Shown: piece after piece, positions 31,582 through 41,196 of the stretch
Numbering within the stretch: the first letter of the stretch is position 1
Layout: every line of letters starts with the position of its first letter
Assembly: GCA_963822585.1 (NCBI GenBank)
Contig: CAWGIE010000035.1
Location: forward strand, 192,001 to 256,000
DNA length: 64,000 bases
Direction of reading: 5' to 3'
From: an uncultured bacterium
GTDB taxonomy: Bacteria > Auribacterota > Erginobacteria > Erginobacterales > Erginobacteraceae
The notes under the pieces: generated by a model
The model's input: the letters and a program-made list of their open reading frames with translations, nothing else
Told to the model about the DNA's origin: nothing
Database searches by the model: none
Program-made: the position numbers and the translations under genes

Positions 31582-31780
31582 TTAGCTCGCTGCGCTCGCA
31601 AATTTATGTAGGATCGTCCTTCACTCCGTGAAGGACTTGTAGTAGATGCAGGAAATGTAGTATCGCCTTGCCTGCGGCAAGGCTTGCCGACCCGCCCGCG
31701 CCGCGAAAGGACGATACTACACCACTGGATTTCTCTTTTTGAATTCCTAAACAATAAATGAACTCCCTCCGTCGCTCATT
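31582..31780. repeat. Family F element (GTAGGATCG ... CGATACTAC) inside shared outer ends
   Basis: Homologous to 47225-47466. Confidence 0.7.
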
Positions 31781-32199
31781 TATGAGTCGAAGCGAAGAGT
31801 GATCAGGGGGTCATCGGCGCTGACCGCGGCTCCTTTCTCCACGTGGACGGACAGGATCTGGCCGTCCGCTACCGACATGATCTCATTCTCCATTTTCATC
31901 GCCTCCAGGATCAGAAGGAGCTGTCCCCGGGTGATCCGATCCCCCTCCTTGACCTTGACGGCGAGGATGGTACCGGGCATGGGCGCTTTCAGCACCGTGC
32001 CCCCGTCGATACCGGGAGCGGGCCCCGCCGCCGCCGGAGCCGGTGCCGGGACCGCGACCGGCGCCGGGGGAGGTGTCGCGGGCGCCGCCGACCGGGTTAC
32101 TGACGGTTTTTTCGCTGCCGCCGGGGAGGAGCCTGTTCCCGTCTCCTCGACTTCCACCTCGTATGTTTTTCCGTTTACGGTAACCTTGAATTTTTTCAT
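31780..32199 (-). CDS. mmdC: Biotin carboxyl carrier subunit of the decarboxylase
   Basis: VTVNGKTYEVEVEE, an Ala/Pro linker, APMPG and the EAMKMENEI biotinylation motif. Confidence 0.95.
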   Translation of the reverse strand: MKKFKVTVNGKTYEVEVEETGTGSSPAAAKKPSVTRSAAPATPPPAPVAVPAPAPAAAGPAPGIDGGTVLKAPMPGTILAVKVKEGDRITRGQLLLILEAMKMENEIMSVADGQILSVHVEKGAAVSADDPLITLRFDS

Positions 32200-32263
32200 A
32201 GCCTGTTTCCTGTCACTCGGTTTCTGATTAGTATCTGAATGAGCGCCGCAGGCGCTGATTTAA

Positions 32264-32674
32264 CTAGCGGAGAAGCTGCTCCATTCTTCCCACCTTTCCC
32301 CATTGCGGGGTGGGATCTTCGGTAGTGGAGAGGGGCTTGACCCTGATCGTCGGGAGAGCGCTCCCCCGGGCGGCGGCCACGGCCGCCGCGATGACGGCGA
32401 TCAGTTCCCCGTCGCTTTCCCCGGGCCCGGAGGGCGCTTCCGCGGGGGTTCCCGGCGGGAACGGCCGCGGCGTCCGGGGAGCTTTTTTCTTTTTCCCGGT
32501 TTTGAAGACAGCGGACATCAGGTTGATGCAGCCCCAGAGGACGCCCAGGGCGACGAAGGTGATGGCCATGCCCATGATCGTGACATAGAAAGAAGCCACC
32601 GCCTTGTCGCCGGCGGAGAGCCCCCGGATCAATTCCGAATCAACGAACTTTTGAAGCAGTGTCGCCTCTTGCAT
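32264..32674 (-). CDS. mmdD: OadG/MmdD-family decarboxylase subunit
   Basis: One TM helix (GMAITFVALGVL), ELIAVIAAAVAA and WGKVGR; operon position. Confidence 0.85.
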   Translation of the reverse strand: MQEATLLQKFVDSELIRGLSAGDKAVASFYVTIMGMAITFVALGVLWGCINLMSAVFKTGKKKKAPRTPRPFPPGTPAEAPSGPGESDGELIAVIAAAVAAARGSALPTIRVKPLSTTEDPTPQWGKVGRMEQLLR

Positions 32675-32851
32675 GGTGAGGAAGTGCCTAAAGTGCCTAA
32701 AGTTGAAAGTGCCTAAAGTGAAAATGCTCTCTGAGACAGATGAACGGTATATAATCTCCTCTTTTCTCCTAGTGCATATTTCAAATAGCTCCGACGCAGT
32801 CGGAGCCACGTCTAAATTTCCCCCGACTGCTGATAAGCAATCGGGGTAAAT

Positions 32852-34399
32852 TTAGACAGGCATATTGCCGTGTTTCTTCGGCGGACGTGTCTCGCGTTTT
32901 GAAGCCAGCATGTTGAAAGCATCGATAATCCGGGGGCGCGAGGTGGCCGGCTCGATCACGTCATCGACGTATCCCAGCTCGGCCGCCTTGTAGGGCGTGG
33001 CGAATTCGGCGTTGTATTCCCGGAGCTTCTCCGCCCGGGCCGCCTCCGGATCCGGGGCGGCGCCGATCTCCTTCTCGAAGACCACGTTGGCCGCCCCGAC
33101 CGGTCCCATGACCGCTATTTCGGCCGTCGGCCAGGCCATCACCATGTCGCCCCCCAGGTGCTTCGAGCACATGGCGATGTACGCCCCTCCGTACGCTTTG
33201 CGGGTGATAACGGTCACGGTCGGCACCGTCGCTTCACTGTAGGCGTAGAGCAGCTTGGCCCCGTGCCGGATGATGCCGCCGTATTCCTGGCCGGTCCCCG
33301 GCAAAAATCCGGGCACGTCGACCAGGGTGAGGAGGGGTACGTTGAAAGCGTCGCAGGTCCGGACAAACCGGGCCGCTTTATCGGAGGCGTTGATGTCGAG
33401 ACAACCGGCCAGCATCTTCGGCTGGTTGGCGATAATGCCGATCGACCGCCCGTTCATCCGGGCGAAGCAGGTTACCATGTTGACCGCGTAGTAGGGCTGA
33501 TACTCCAGAAAGTCGCCGTTATCCACCAGCAGAGTGATGAGGTCATGTATGTCATATGGTTTGTTCGGGCTCTCCGGGATCAGGCTGTTCAATTCCGGGA
33601 TCAGCCGGTTCGGGTCGTCATTGGTTTCGTAAACGGGGGCGGTCTCGGTATTGTTGGAGGGCAGGTACCCGAGCAGTTTCTTCACGCTCTCGAGGGCGGC
33701 CTCGTCGTTCTCGGCCAGAAACGTCGCCACTCCGCTGACCCGGTTATGGGTCATCGCCCCGCCCAGAGTTTCCGCGGAGACCTCTTCCCGGGTGACCGAC
33801 TTGATCACCTTCGGCCCGGTGATGAACATTTTGCTGGTTTTATCGACCATGAAAGTGAAATCGGTCAACGCCGGAGAGTAAACGGCCCCGCCGGCGCAGG
33901 GGCCCATGATGACCGAGATCTGGGGGATCACCCCGGAAGCGATCGTGTTCCGGTAGAAAATCCCGCCGTATCCGCACAGAGAGTTTACCCCTTCCTGGAT
34001 CCGTGCCCCCCCGGAATCGTTGATCCCCACCACGGGGGCGCCGACCTTGAGGGCGTTGTCGAGGACCTTCCAGATCTTCTGGGCGTGCATCTCCCCCAGG
34101 GACCCCCCGATGACGGTGAAGTCCTGGGCGTACGCATAGACCAGCCTCCCGTTGACCTGACCGTAGCCGGTCACCACCCCTTCCCCCGGGGCCTCCTTCT
34201 TCTCCATCCCGAAATAGGTGCAGCGATGCTTGACGAAAGCGTCGATCTCGACAAATGTTCCCTCGTCAAAAAGAAGATTGAGCCGTTCCCGGGCGGTCAG
34301 TTTCCCCTTCTCATGCTGTTTCTGGATTCTGGCTTCTCCTCCCCCGAGAATGATTTTTTCCTTACGCTGCTGGAGATCCTGAAGTTTGTCCGTGCTCAT
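32852..34399 (-). CDS. mmdA: Methylmalonyl-CoA decarboxylase alpha subunit (carboxyltransferase)
   Basis: [46 protein letters not shown] and KKHGNMP motifs. Confidence 0.93.
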   Translation of the reverse strand: MSTDKLQDLQQRKEKIILGGGEARIQKQHEKGKLTARERLNLLFDEGTFVEIDAFVKHRCTYFGMEKKEAPGEGVVTGYGQVNGRLVYAYAQDFTVIGGSLGEMHAQKIWKVLDNALKVGAPVVGINDSGGARIQEGVNSLCGYGGIFYRNTIASGVIPQISVIMGPCAGGAVYSPALTDFTFMVDKTSKMFITGPKVIKSVTREEVSAETLGGAMTHNRVSGVATFLAENDEAALESVKKLLGYLPSNNTETAPVYETNDDPNRLIPELNSLIPESPNKPYDIHDLITLLVDNGDFLEYQPYYAVNMVTCFARMNGRSIGIIANQPKMLAGCLDINASDKAARFVRTCDAFNVPLLTLVDVPGFLPGTGQEYGGIIRHGAKLLYAYSEATVPTVTVITRKAYGGAYIAMCSKHLGGDMVMAWPTAEIAVMGPVGAANVVFEKEIGAAPDPEAARAEKLREYNAEFATPYKAAELGYVDDVIEPATSRPRIIDAFNMLASKRETRPPKKHGNMPV

Positions 34400-34614
34400 G
34401 AGAACCGTCCTATATTATTTTGTGTCAAGTGGTCCGCGCGATAAATCAGCGAGCTAATGTGCTGCTTTTGAATTTCGATAAATGTAGTCAAAAAGGTATC
34501 CGCCCCGTATTAGGCGGGGCACTTCATTGCGCACCCTAAAGGGTGCGACTACCTAAAGTAAGCGCGAAGCGCTGACTCGTATAATACACCAAGCGGCGGG
34601 AACGGCAAAATAAT

Positions 34615-35457
34615 TTAATAGCGGCGGGAGACCCAGAGCGCGGCCACGATGACGGCGCCTCCAAGCAGGAGCCTGGCCGGATCGGCGTGCTCTCCGAAGA
34701 CGACCAGGGCGACGGCGACACCGAGGGGGATTTTTATATTGTTAAAGACCGCCAGAGTCGCGGCCGAAGTCAGCAGCGCCCCCTTGTTCCACCAGAAGAA
34801 GCAGAGCCCGGAAGCAAGAGCGCCGAGGTAGAGAAGCGTGCCGGCCTGTCCGAGATCCAGCGCGGCCAGGCTTCCCCATCCTCCGGAGAGCGTGGTGGCG
34901 AGAGCGGTTATCGCCGCCGCGCCCAAAAAGAGGAGGGCGTATACCTCCCGGTCACGAAGATGGGAGAAAACCGGCCGGATCCTCCGGTATTCGATCTGTC
35001 CGTAGGCGAAGCAGCCGTTCGAAACCTGCATGAATAAAAAGCCGGCCAGGATACCGCTCAGTCCGGTATGATGATAGGTAATGAGAGCGGCTCCGAATAC
35101 CGCCAGCAGAGCCGCCAGCAAACCTCCGGGTCGAAACCGCCGGGAGCGGACGTCGTCGAACAGGATAACATAGAGAGGAGTGAAGATGGTAAAGAGCACC
35201 ACCTGGTACGCCTCCAGGTAACGGTAGGCCTGGAGGTAGGTGATGTACATGACCCCGTACTGAATGGTCCCGATGAAAACCAGCCGGACCGCCGCCGCCG
35301 GCGGCAGACGCTTCAGGCGGAGAAAGGGGAGAAAGAAGGGAAGGGTGATGACCATCCGGGCGCAGGCGACGAACGAGGGATCGAGTCCCCGCAGGTAGGT
35401 CTTGATCAGCCCGAAGGAGAAAGCCCAGATCAGTGAAACAACCAGTAAGTACCACAT
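34615..35457 (-). CDS. EamA/DMT transporter, YigM/BioP (biotin transporter)-like
   Basis: LIWAFSF, FLPFLR, QYGVMY, LFTIFTPLY, ASGLCFFWWNKGA and NNIKIP match my recollection of E. coli YigM. Confidence 0.8.
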   Translation of the reverse strand: MWYLLVVSLIWAFSFGLIKTYLRGLDPSFVACARMVITLPFFLPFLRLKRLPPAAAVRLVFIGTIQYGVMYITYLQAYRYLEAYQVVLFTIFTPLYVILFDDVRSRRFRPGGLLAALLAVFGAALITYHHTGLSGILAGFLFMQVSNGCFAYGQIEYRRIRPVFSHLRDREVYALLFLGAAAITALATTLSGGWGSLAALDLGQAGTLLYLGALASGLCFFWWNKGALLTSAATLAVFNNIKIPLGVAVALVVFGEHADPARLLLGGAVIVAALWVSRRY

Positions 35458-35484
35458 GGGGACGGCCCTGATGATTGAAGAACA

Positions 35485-35768
35485 TAGCGCCTGTGGCGCT
35501 AACTTTTTGTTTCAGCAGTTTCCCGGGATTGAATAGATGGAGTGATTATCCCCAAAGTGGATATCAGGTTATCAGCGTATCAGTGGGAAGAATACCGGGA
35601 TATCAGGTTATCAGGCGAGGCCGGCATCGCCATCTGATCTTCTGATAATCTGATCCCCTTCCCACTGATCTCCTGATTATCTGATCCGCTTAAGCGGCTT
35701 GTATACTCCCCCCAACGGCTGAACAGACTTTAAATTGATCTTCATTTTTGAATTTCCGAAGCAGCAAG
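35485..35768. repeat. Family B palindrome inside shared outer ends
   Basis: tagcgcctgtggcgctaa ... atcaggttatcag...ctgataatctgatc ... ttgaatttccgaagcagcaag. Confidence 0.75.
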
Positions 35769-35932
35769 TATTGGTATAGCAATAAAACACGGAAAATCAA
35801 TTATTTAGTTAAATAATCAGGCCCGCTCTTTTATCCGGTAAAAAGTATTTACCGATTGCAGAGAGAGGTGTTATTATTTTCGGCAGGTAAAACGAAATTT
35901 CCGCGGGTATCTTCCCAATATGAGGAACCGGA

Positions 35933-38056
35933 ATGAATGAGGCGAAAGGCGCCGGCGAGGAGCCGGAGATTTTAAGATCGGTCGCCGATCTGGTCGATAT
36001 CGCCGGACATCTTCCTCCCTCTTCGGTCATCGTGCCGGGGGGCGACCGGATCGAGGACCTGGAGCTGGTCGAGGCGGCCCGGGATCACGGGATTGTCGAT
36101 CGGATTATCCTGGTCGGCGACCAGGCAGCGATCGAGCGGGGCATTGCCGAGGTGGGCGTCGTTGTTAACCGGAAAGATATCGTGGCCGCCGGGAGCGCCG
36201 AGGAGACGGCGGCGCGGACCGTCGATCTGGTTAAGCGCCGGGAAGCCGATATCGTTCTCAAGGGCAACATCTCCACCCCGATCATCAATCGCGCCCTGCG
36301 TCCTCTGGCGATCCGCTCGACGGTGAGCCTGGCGACTATTTTCGACGCGGCGCCGATCTCCTCCGGGCGCCCGATGATCCTTACCGACGCCGGTTTCACC
36401 ACCATCTGTAACTTCGGCCGGATGGTGGACCTGATCAAAAATGCCGTCGATCTCGCCCAGATAGTGATGGGAATCAAACGGCCCCGGGTGGCGATCCTCT
36501 CGGCCAACGAGAAGCAGATCGCCTCCCTCCCCTCCACCCGGCTGGGCGCCCAGCTTGCCCGGCGCACCTGGACGGACGCGATCGTCTACGGCCCGCTCTC
36601 CTTCGATCTGGCCACCGACCCCGAATCCGTGGCCATGAAAGGAGTCCCCTCCAATCCCGCCGCCCGCGAGGTCGCCGGCCAGGCGGATATCCTGGTCTGT
36701 CCGGGGATCGATACCGCCAACGCCCTCTATAAGACCATCACCGCCCTGAACAAGTACGGGCAGGCTTCGCTGGCCGGGATCACCGTGGGTTTTCCCTTTC
36801 CCTACATCATTCTCTCCCGTTCGGACACACTGGAGACCAGGCTGGAGTCGATCGCTCTGTGCAGTGTTTTCGCCCAGCGAGTATCCCACTGGCAGGCCGC
36901 GGCGCCCCGGCCATCTAAACCTCCTTCCCGGAAAGAACCCCGGATACTGGTCTATAATCCGGGTTCGACGTCGATCAAGATTTCCCTCTTTGCCGGCGAC
37001 CGGGTCCTGCATTCCACGGAAGAGGCCGCTGCGATCCCCGCTGCCGGCAGCCGGGAGGAAGGTGAACGGATAGCCGCCGATCTGGCTCTCCGCGCCGGGA
37101 AGATCGTCAGCGGCTGGGGGATCCGGCGGATCGACGCCATCGCCGCCCGGGGCGGTTTTCTTTCCCGGCCGGAGGAGAAATTATCCGGGGGGGTCTATTC
37201 GATCGCCCGAAAACGGGGAAAACGGATAGTCGTGGATAACGGGATCGTCTCCGCGGTGCTCGATCACCCGGAGCACAACCATCCCGGCAACTTCGGCATC
37301 CCGGTAGCGGCGGCGCTGGCCGAAAAGTACCAGGCCCCCGCCGTCACGGTCGATCCCGTGGCGGTCGATGAATTCAGCCCGGAGGCCGAAATCTCCGGCT
37401 ATGCCGGGATCGCCCGCCGCAGTATCGCCCATGCTCTCAGCGTGAAGGCCGCGGCCCGTCTGGCCGCCAAACAGATCAAACGCCCGCTGGAAGACATGAA
37501 CCTGGTTGTCGCCCATCTGGGCGGCGGTATCACGGTCGCCGCGATCAAGGGGGGGAAAATGATCGATAACTCGATCGCGTTTCTCGGTGAAGGTCCCTTC
37601 TCTCCCCGCCGGGCCGGCCGGTTGCCGTTGTCCGGACTGATCGAGATCTGCTATTCGGGACGGTTCTCACGGGAGGAATTGATCGAAGAGCTGACCGAGA
37701 ACGGCGGTTTGCGTTCGTATCTGGGAGAAGACCGCATGGAGGTGATCGAAGAACGGATCGCCGCCGGCGATCAGAAGGCGGAACGCGTGGTGGAGGCGAT
37801 GATCTACCAGATCGCCAAGGAGATCGGGGCGATGTACGTGGCGGCGGGATGCGACGTGGAGGCGATCGTTCTCACCGGGGGACTTACCCGGAGCCAGCGG
37901 ATACGGACCGGGGTTCGGCGCCAGGTCAACTACCTGGCCCCGGTGGTGACCTTCGAGGGGAACCTGGAGATGGCGGCCCTGGCGTCCGGCGCCGCGGCCG
38001 TTCTCTCCGGCCGAGAGACCGCCCGGCGGTATCCGCCCCCGGAGCGAAAAAAATGA
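35933..38056 (+). CDS. Phosphate acyltransferase (Ptb)-butyrate kinase (Buk) fusion
   Basis: N-half has LTDAG, PRVAILSANE, GPLSFDLA and SRSD; C-half has NPGSTSIK, ARGG, DPVAVDE, HLGGGIT and YQIAKEIG. Confidence 0.88.
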   Translation: MNEAKGAGEEPEILRSVADLVDIAGHLPPSSVIVPGGDRIEDLELVEAARDHGIVDRIILVGDQAAIERGIAEVGVVVNRKDIVAAGSAEETAARTVDLVKRREADIVLKGNISTPIINRALRPLAIRSTVSLATIFDAAPISSGRPMILTDAGFTTICNFGRMVDLIKNAVDLAQIVMGIKRPRVAILSANEKQIASLPSTRLGAQLARRTWTDAIVYGPLSFDLATDPESVAMKGVPSNPAAREVAGQADILVCPGIDTANALYKTITALNKYGQASLAGITVGFPFPYIILSRSDTLETRLESIALCSVFAQRVSHWQAAAPRPSKPPSRKEPRILVYNPGSTSIKISLFAGDRVLHSTEEAAAIPAAGSREEGERIAADLALRAGKIVSGWGIRRIDAIAARGGFLSRPEEKLSGGVYSIARKRGKRIVVDNGIVSAVLDHPEHNHPGNFGIPVAAALAEKYQAPAVTVDPVAVDEFSPEAEISGYAGIARRSIAHALSVKAAARLAAKQIKRPLEDMNLVVAHLGGGITVAAIKGGKMIDNSIAFLGEGPFSPRRAGRLPLSGLIEICYSGRFSREELIEELTENGGLRSYLGEDRMEVIEERIAAGDQKAERVVEAMIYQIAKEIGAMYVAAGCDVEAIVLTGGLTRSQRIRTGVRRQVNYLAPVVTFEGNLEMAALASGAAAVLSGRETARRYPPPERKK

Positions 38057-38108
38057 TTCAGCCCAAAGGGCCGATCTTGATGTCGGCCCGATTCAGGAGA
38101 ACGATATC

Positions 38109-38594
38109 ATGAGCGAACAGGAGAAACAGCACTGGGTCTTCCGGGCCCATGTCTACGACCGGTCCGGGGCCCTGACCAGTATCGCCTCGGCCTTCAGTAA
38201 CGAAGGGATCAGTATCGATACCGTGGTCGGCCATGGGCTGGAAGAACGGGCCGGGATCGACGGCAGCGTGGTCATGACTTTCCATTGCAGCGAGAAAGAA
38301 AAGGATGTTATGGTTCGGAAGATCCGGCGGCTCAGCAAGGTCAAATCCCTGGAAGAGCATCCGTATGAATCTCAAAATCTGCGGAAGTCGGCGATCATCC
38401 GTTCCACCCGGAGACTGGCCCCCTCCGACGTGGCGGGAGAAAATTCGTTTTTAACCAGCGAACTGGTGAATGTGGGACCCCACGGATTTACCTACCTGCT
38501 GGCGGGTTCGCCCAGCGAGCTGGATCCGATCCTGATTAAACTGGAGACCGCCGGGGTGGTCGAGGACATCGTGTTCTCAATCGTGGGGTTATAA
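38109..38594 (+). CDS. ACT-domain protein
   Basis: DRSGALTSIASAFSNEGISI ACT motif. Confidence 0.75.
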   Translation: MSEQEKQHWVFRAHVYDRSGALTSIASAFSNEGISIDTVVGHGLEERAGIDGSVVMTFHCSEKEKDVMVRKIRRLSKVKSLEEHPYESQNLRKSAIIRSTRRLAPSDVAGENSFLTSELVNVGPHGFTYLLAGSPSELDPILIKLETAGVVEDIVFSIVGL

Positions 38595-38599
38595 GTCGA

Positions 38600-39031
38600 A
38601 TGAAAAGAATCTGTCTGATCGCGGCGGTCCTGATCCTGGGAGGAAGCTGTTCGCGGCCGGGAGGGGATACGGGGAAGAAGAGGGATACCTCAACGTTATT
38701 GAACGCGTTAATCGGCTCCTGGCACGATGAAAAAGTGGGAGGATGGAGGGAATATTTTTCCGCGGCCGGGAGGTATGCCATCACGGTGGAGGGGGACGTC
38801 TTTTATGAAGGCGGTTTCGGCATCGAGGAGGAGGTTCCCGCCACCCGTTCCCTGAAACTTCTCCTGACGGGGGACGGCGATTCCGAGGGATCTGAATTGC
38901 GGATAGAGGGAACATTCTCTCCGGATTACCGGGAGTTCGCGGGGTCGCTGGCCGAGAGCGTCGCCGGGGGCCCCTGGACCACCCCGCGCCCCTTCCGGTG
39001 GATGTATGAAAGCGCCCGAGAAACACCGTGA
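38600..39031 (+). CDS. Hypothetical lipoprotein
   Basis: MKRICLIAAVLILGGSC lipobox. Confidence 0.65.
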   Translation: MKRICLIAAVLILGGSCSRPGGDTGKKRDTSTLLNALIGSWHDEKVGGWREYFSAAGRYAITVEGDVFYEGGFGIEEEVPATRSLKLLLTGDGDSEGSELRIEGTFSPDYREFAGSLAESVAGGPWTTPRPFRWMYESARETP

Positions 39032-39288
39032 AAGGAAGGAGAAGCCGTCACCGGGAGAAAGCGGGAGTAATAGACCGTCGCCCGCCGGATCCGAAAAGGG
39101 CATTTTTTGCGGTTTCCCTATCTTCAGTCATTGCGTCTTATCTCCGTGAAGCACGAGAAAGTGTGCTCCCCCACTTGCTTCCCCGTTTCCCCGCGTATCC
39201 CCTTAAAAAGAACGTTAGAATTGAGTTTCTTATTGCCGCTTTGATATAATTCGTCCCGATCGAGATACCGCTCGTCAGGGAGCGCCTT

Positions 39289-40260
39289 ATGACATCTTCC
39301 CTTCAAGAAACCTACATGATGCGCGCCGTTAAGGTGAGCCTTTTCGGCAACATTATTCTGTTTTCGATCAAGATCGTCACCCTCCTTTTCGTCAACTCAC
39401 TCGCCATCGCCGTGGATCTGGGCATATCGTGCGTGGGACTGGTGGTTTCCGTCATCCTTTACCATTCGATAAAAATGGCCAACCGCCCCGAAGATTTATT
39501 TCACAATTACGGCTACAGCAAAATAGAGCACGTCTGCGAGGCCATGGAAGGGGTCATCTTGATCGGTATCGCCCTGGCCATGTCGTTTCAGGCTGTCATC
39601 AGCGTTTTTTACCCCCGGCATGTCCATCTTTTCTGGGTCGGCCTTACCTCCAGCATCATTAATTTTTCCATCAATTTCGCGGGAGCCTATTACATCTTCA
39701 AGATGGCAAAAAAAAGCGCCTCTCCGGCCATTCACGCCGAGGGGGTCCATTATCGATTAGAGGGTTTCATATCGATGACCGTCGCGGCCTCTTTCATTAT
39801 TTCCCTGCTTTTGCGGGCGAACAACATACTGGCGGCGATACCGTACGTCGATCCGATCGCCACGCTCCTGGTCAGCGTCATCATTGCCGTACCTTCTTTT
39901 AAGATGGCAAAAGGCGCGTTTTTCAACCTGCTGGATGCCACGATAGAAGAAGGGAGCAGTATGGAAGTGATCAAATGGCTGGCCCGGCACAGTGACAAGT
40001 ATTGTGACTTCGGAGATCTGAAGAGCAGGGTCGCGGGGAGGAAAAAATTCATCGAACTCGACATTATCATGCCGGAAGACATCCATTTCAAAAAAGGGCA
40101 TGATCTGATTTCTCGCCTGGAAGCCGATATTATATCCAGTATTCCGGAAAGCACGGTTACGATAAAAATGAAGCCGTGCGACAAGGATTGCGAATTTATC
40201 AGAAGAAGCGGAGAATGTCCCTATTTGTCCGCCTGCGCCGAAGATCACCCGGATGACTAA
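39289..40260 (+). CDS. Cation diffusion facilitator family transporter
   Basis: HNYGYSKIEH, HAEGVHY and VDPIATL motifs; Cys-rich C-terminus. Confidence 0.88.
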   Translation: MTSSLQETYMMRAVKVSLFGNIILFSIKIVTLLFVNSLAIAVDLGISCVGLVVSVILYHSIKMANRPEDLFHNYGYSKIEHVCEAMEGVILIGIALAMSFQAVISVFYPRHVHLFWVGLTSSIINFSINFAGAYYIFKMAKKSASPAIHAEGVHYRLEGFISMTVAASFIISLLLRANNILAAIPYVDPIATLLVSVIIAVPSFKMAKGAFFNLLDATIEEGSSMEVIKWLARHSDKYCDFGDLKSRVAGRKKFIELDIIMPEDIHFKKGHDLISRLEADIISSIPESTVTIKMKPCDKDCEFIRRSGECPYLSACAEDHPDD

Positions 40261-40330
40261 CGGAGCGGGAAACAAAATAGGGGCAACTCTTTCAACGGTC
40301 GATAGCGACAGCAAATAAAGGAGGCAGGTT

Positions 40331-41017
40331 ATGGAGAAAAGATGGTGTTTGGGCATAGTGCTGGTTCTTCCGGTCCTCCTCGCCGGACCGGCCGTCGCCG
40401 GGACTGGGGGAGCAAGCGAACCGGATTCATTTTACATGGCTCTCCGGGGCGGTCCGGGGTGGGCCGACCAGGCCGAGCGCAGTCCGGAGAGCGGGAGCGG
40501 CGCGAAGCTGAAGTTCGAGTCGGAGTACGATCTCAACCTGGCCGCCGGCTACCGCTTTCTTTCCTGGCTGCGGGCGGAAGGGGAGCTGGGTTTCGTGAAC
40601 ATGTCCCTGGATAATCTTGAACTGGAAAACCGGGGGCAGACGGTGGACGCTAACGGGCAGGACCGGCAGTATCGCGGGATGGTAAACGTATATCTCGACG
40701 GAGCGAACTCCACGGCCTTCACCCCCTTCATCGGCGCCGGAGCCGGGGCAATCCGGGCCAACCTCGATCTTTCCTGGACGCTGCCCCGGAGCGGGGCGAC
40801 GGTCAAGACCGATGACTGGGATTGGGCTTTCGCCTGGCAGTTCATGGCCGGGATCGGCTGGCGGGTTGCCCCCCGCCTGGAGGTGGAGCTTGCCTACCGC
40901 TATTACGGCAGCGACGACCGCTCCCACGCCAATCACAGCACGGCCAACAATCCCGACGTGGTGGTGGACGGGACCCGGGCCAGTTTCGTGCAGGCCGGTC
41001 TGCGGTATTATTTTTAA
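40331..41017 (+). CDS. Outer-membrane beta-barrel protein (OmpW/Opa-like)
   Basis: Signal peptide, AAGYRF..LRAEGE, TPFIGAGAG, AWQFMAG and C-terminal GLRYYF. Confidence 0.85.
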   Translation: MEKRWCLGIVLVLPVLLAGPAVAGTGGASEPDSFYMALRGGPGWADQAERSPESGSGAKLKFESEYDLNLAAGYRFLSWLRAEGELGFVNMSLDNLELENRGQTVDANGQDRQYRGMVNVYLDGANSTAFTPFIGAGAGAIRANLDLSWTLPRSGATVKTDDWDWAFAWQFMAGIGWRVAPRLEVELAYRYYGSDDRSHANHSTANNPDVVVDGTRASFVQAGLRYYF

Positions 41018-41052
41018 AATAACCGCTGTCTTGCCGGAAGGTCTTTTGGAAT

Positions 41053-41080
41053 TTGACATCGGCGGTTATTTTGTTATAGT
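41053..41080 (+). promoter_or_regulatory. Sigma70-like promoter for fba
   Basis: TTGACA-16 bp-TATAGT with an extended TG. Confidence 0.55.
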
Positions 41081-41196
41081 TCCTCCCCCTGCGTTTTGCG
41101 CAGGCTGAAGCCTGCGACTACCGGAAATTATCACCAGACCGTACCCCGCAAAATGAACACAGTTTCTAGAATTTTTTAACGATTAGGAGAACAGTC

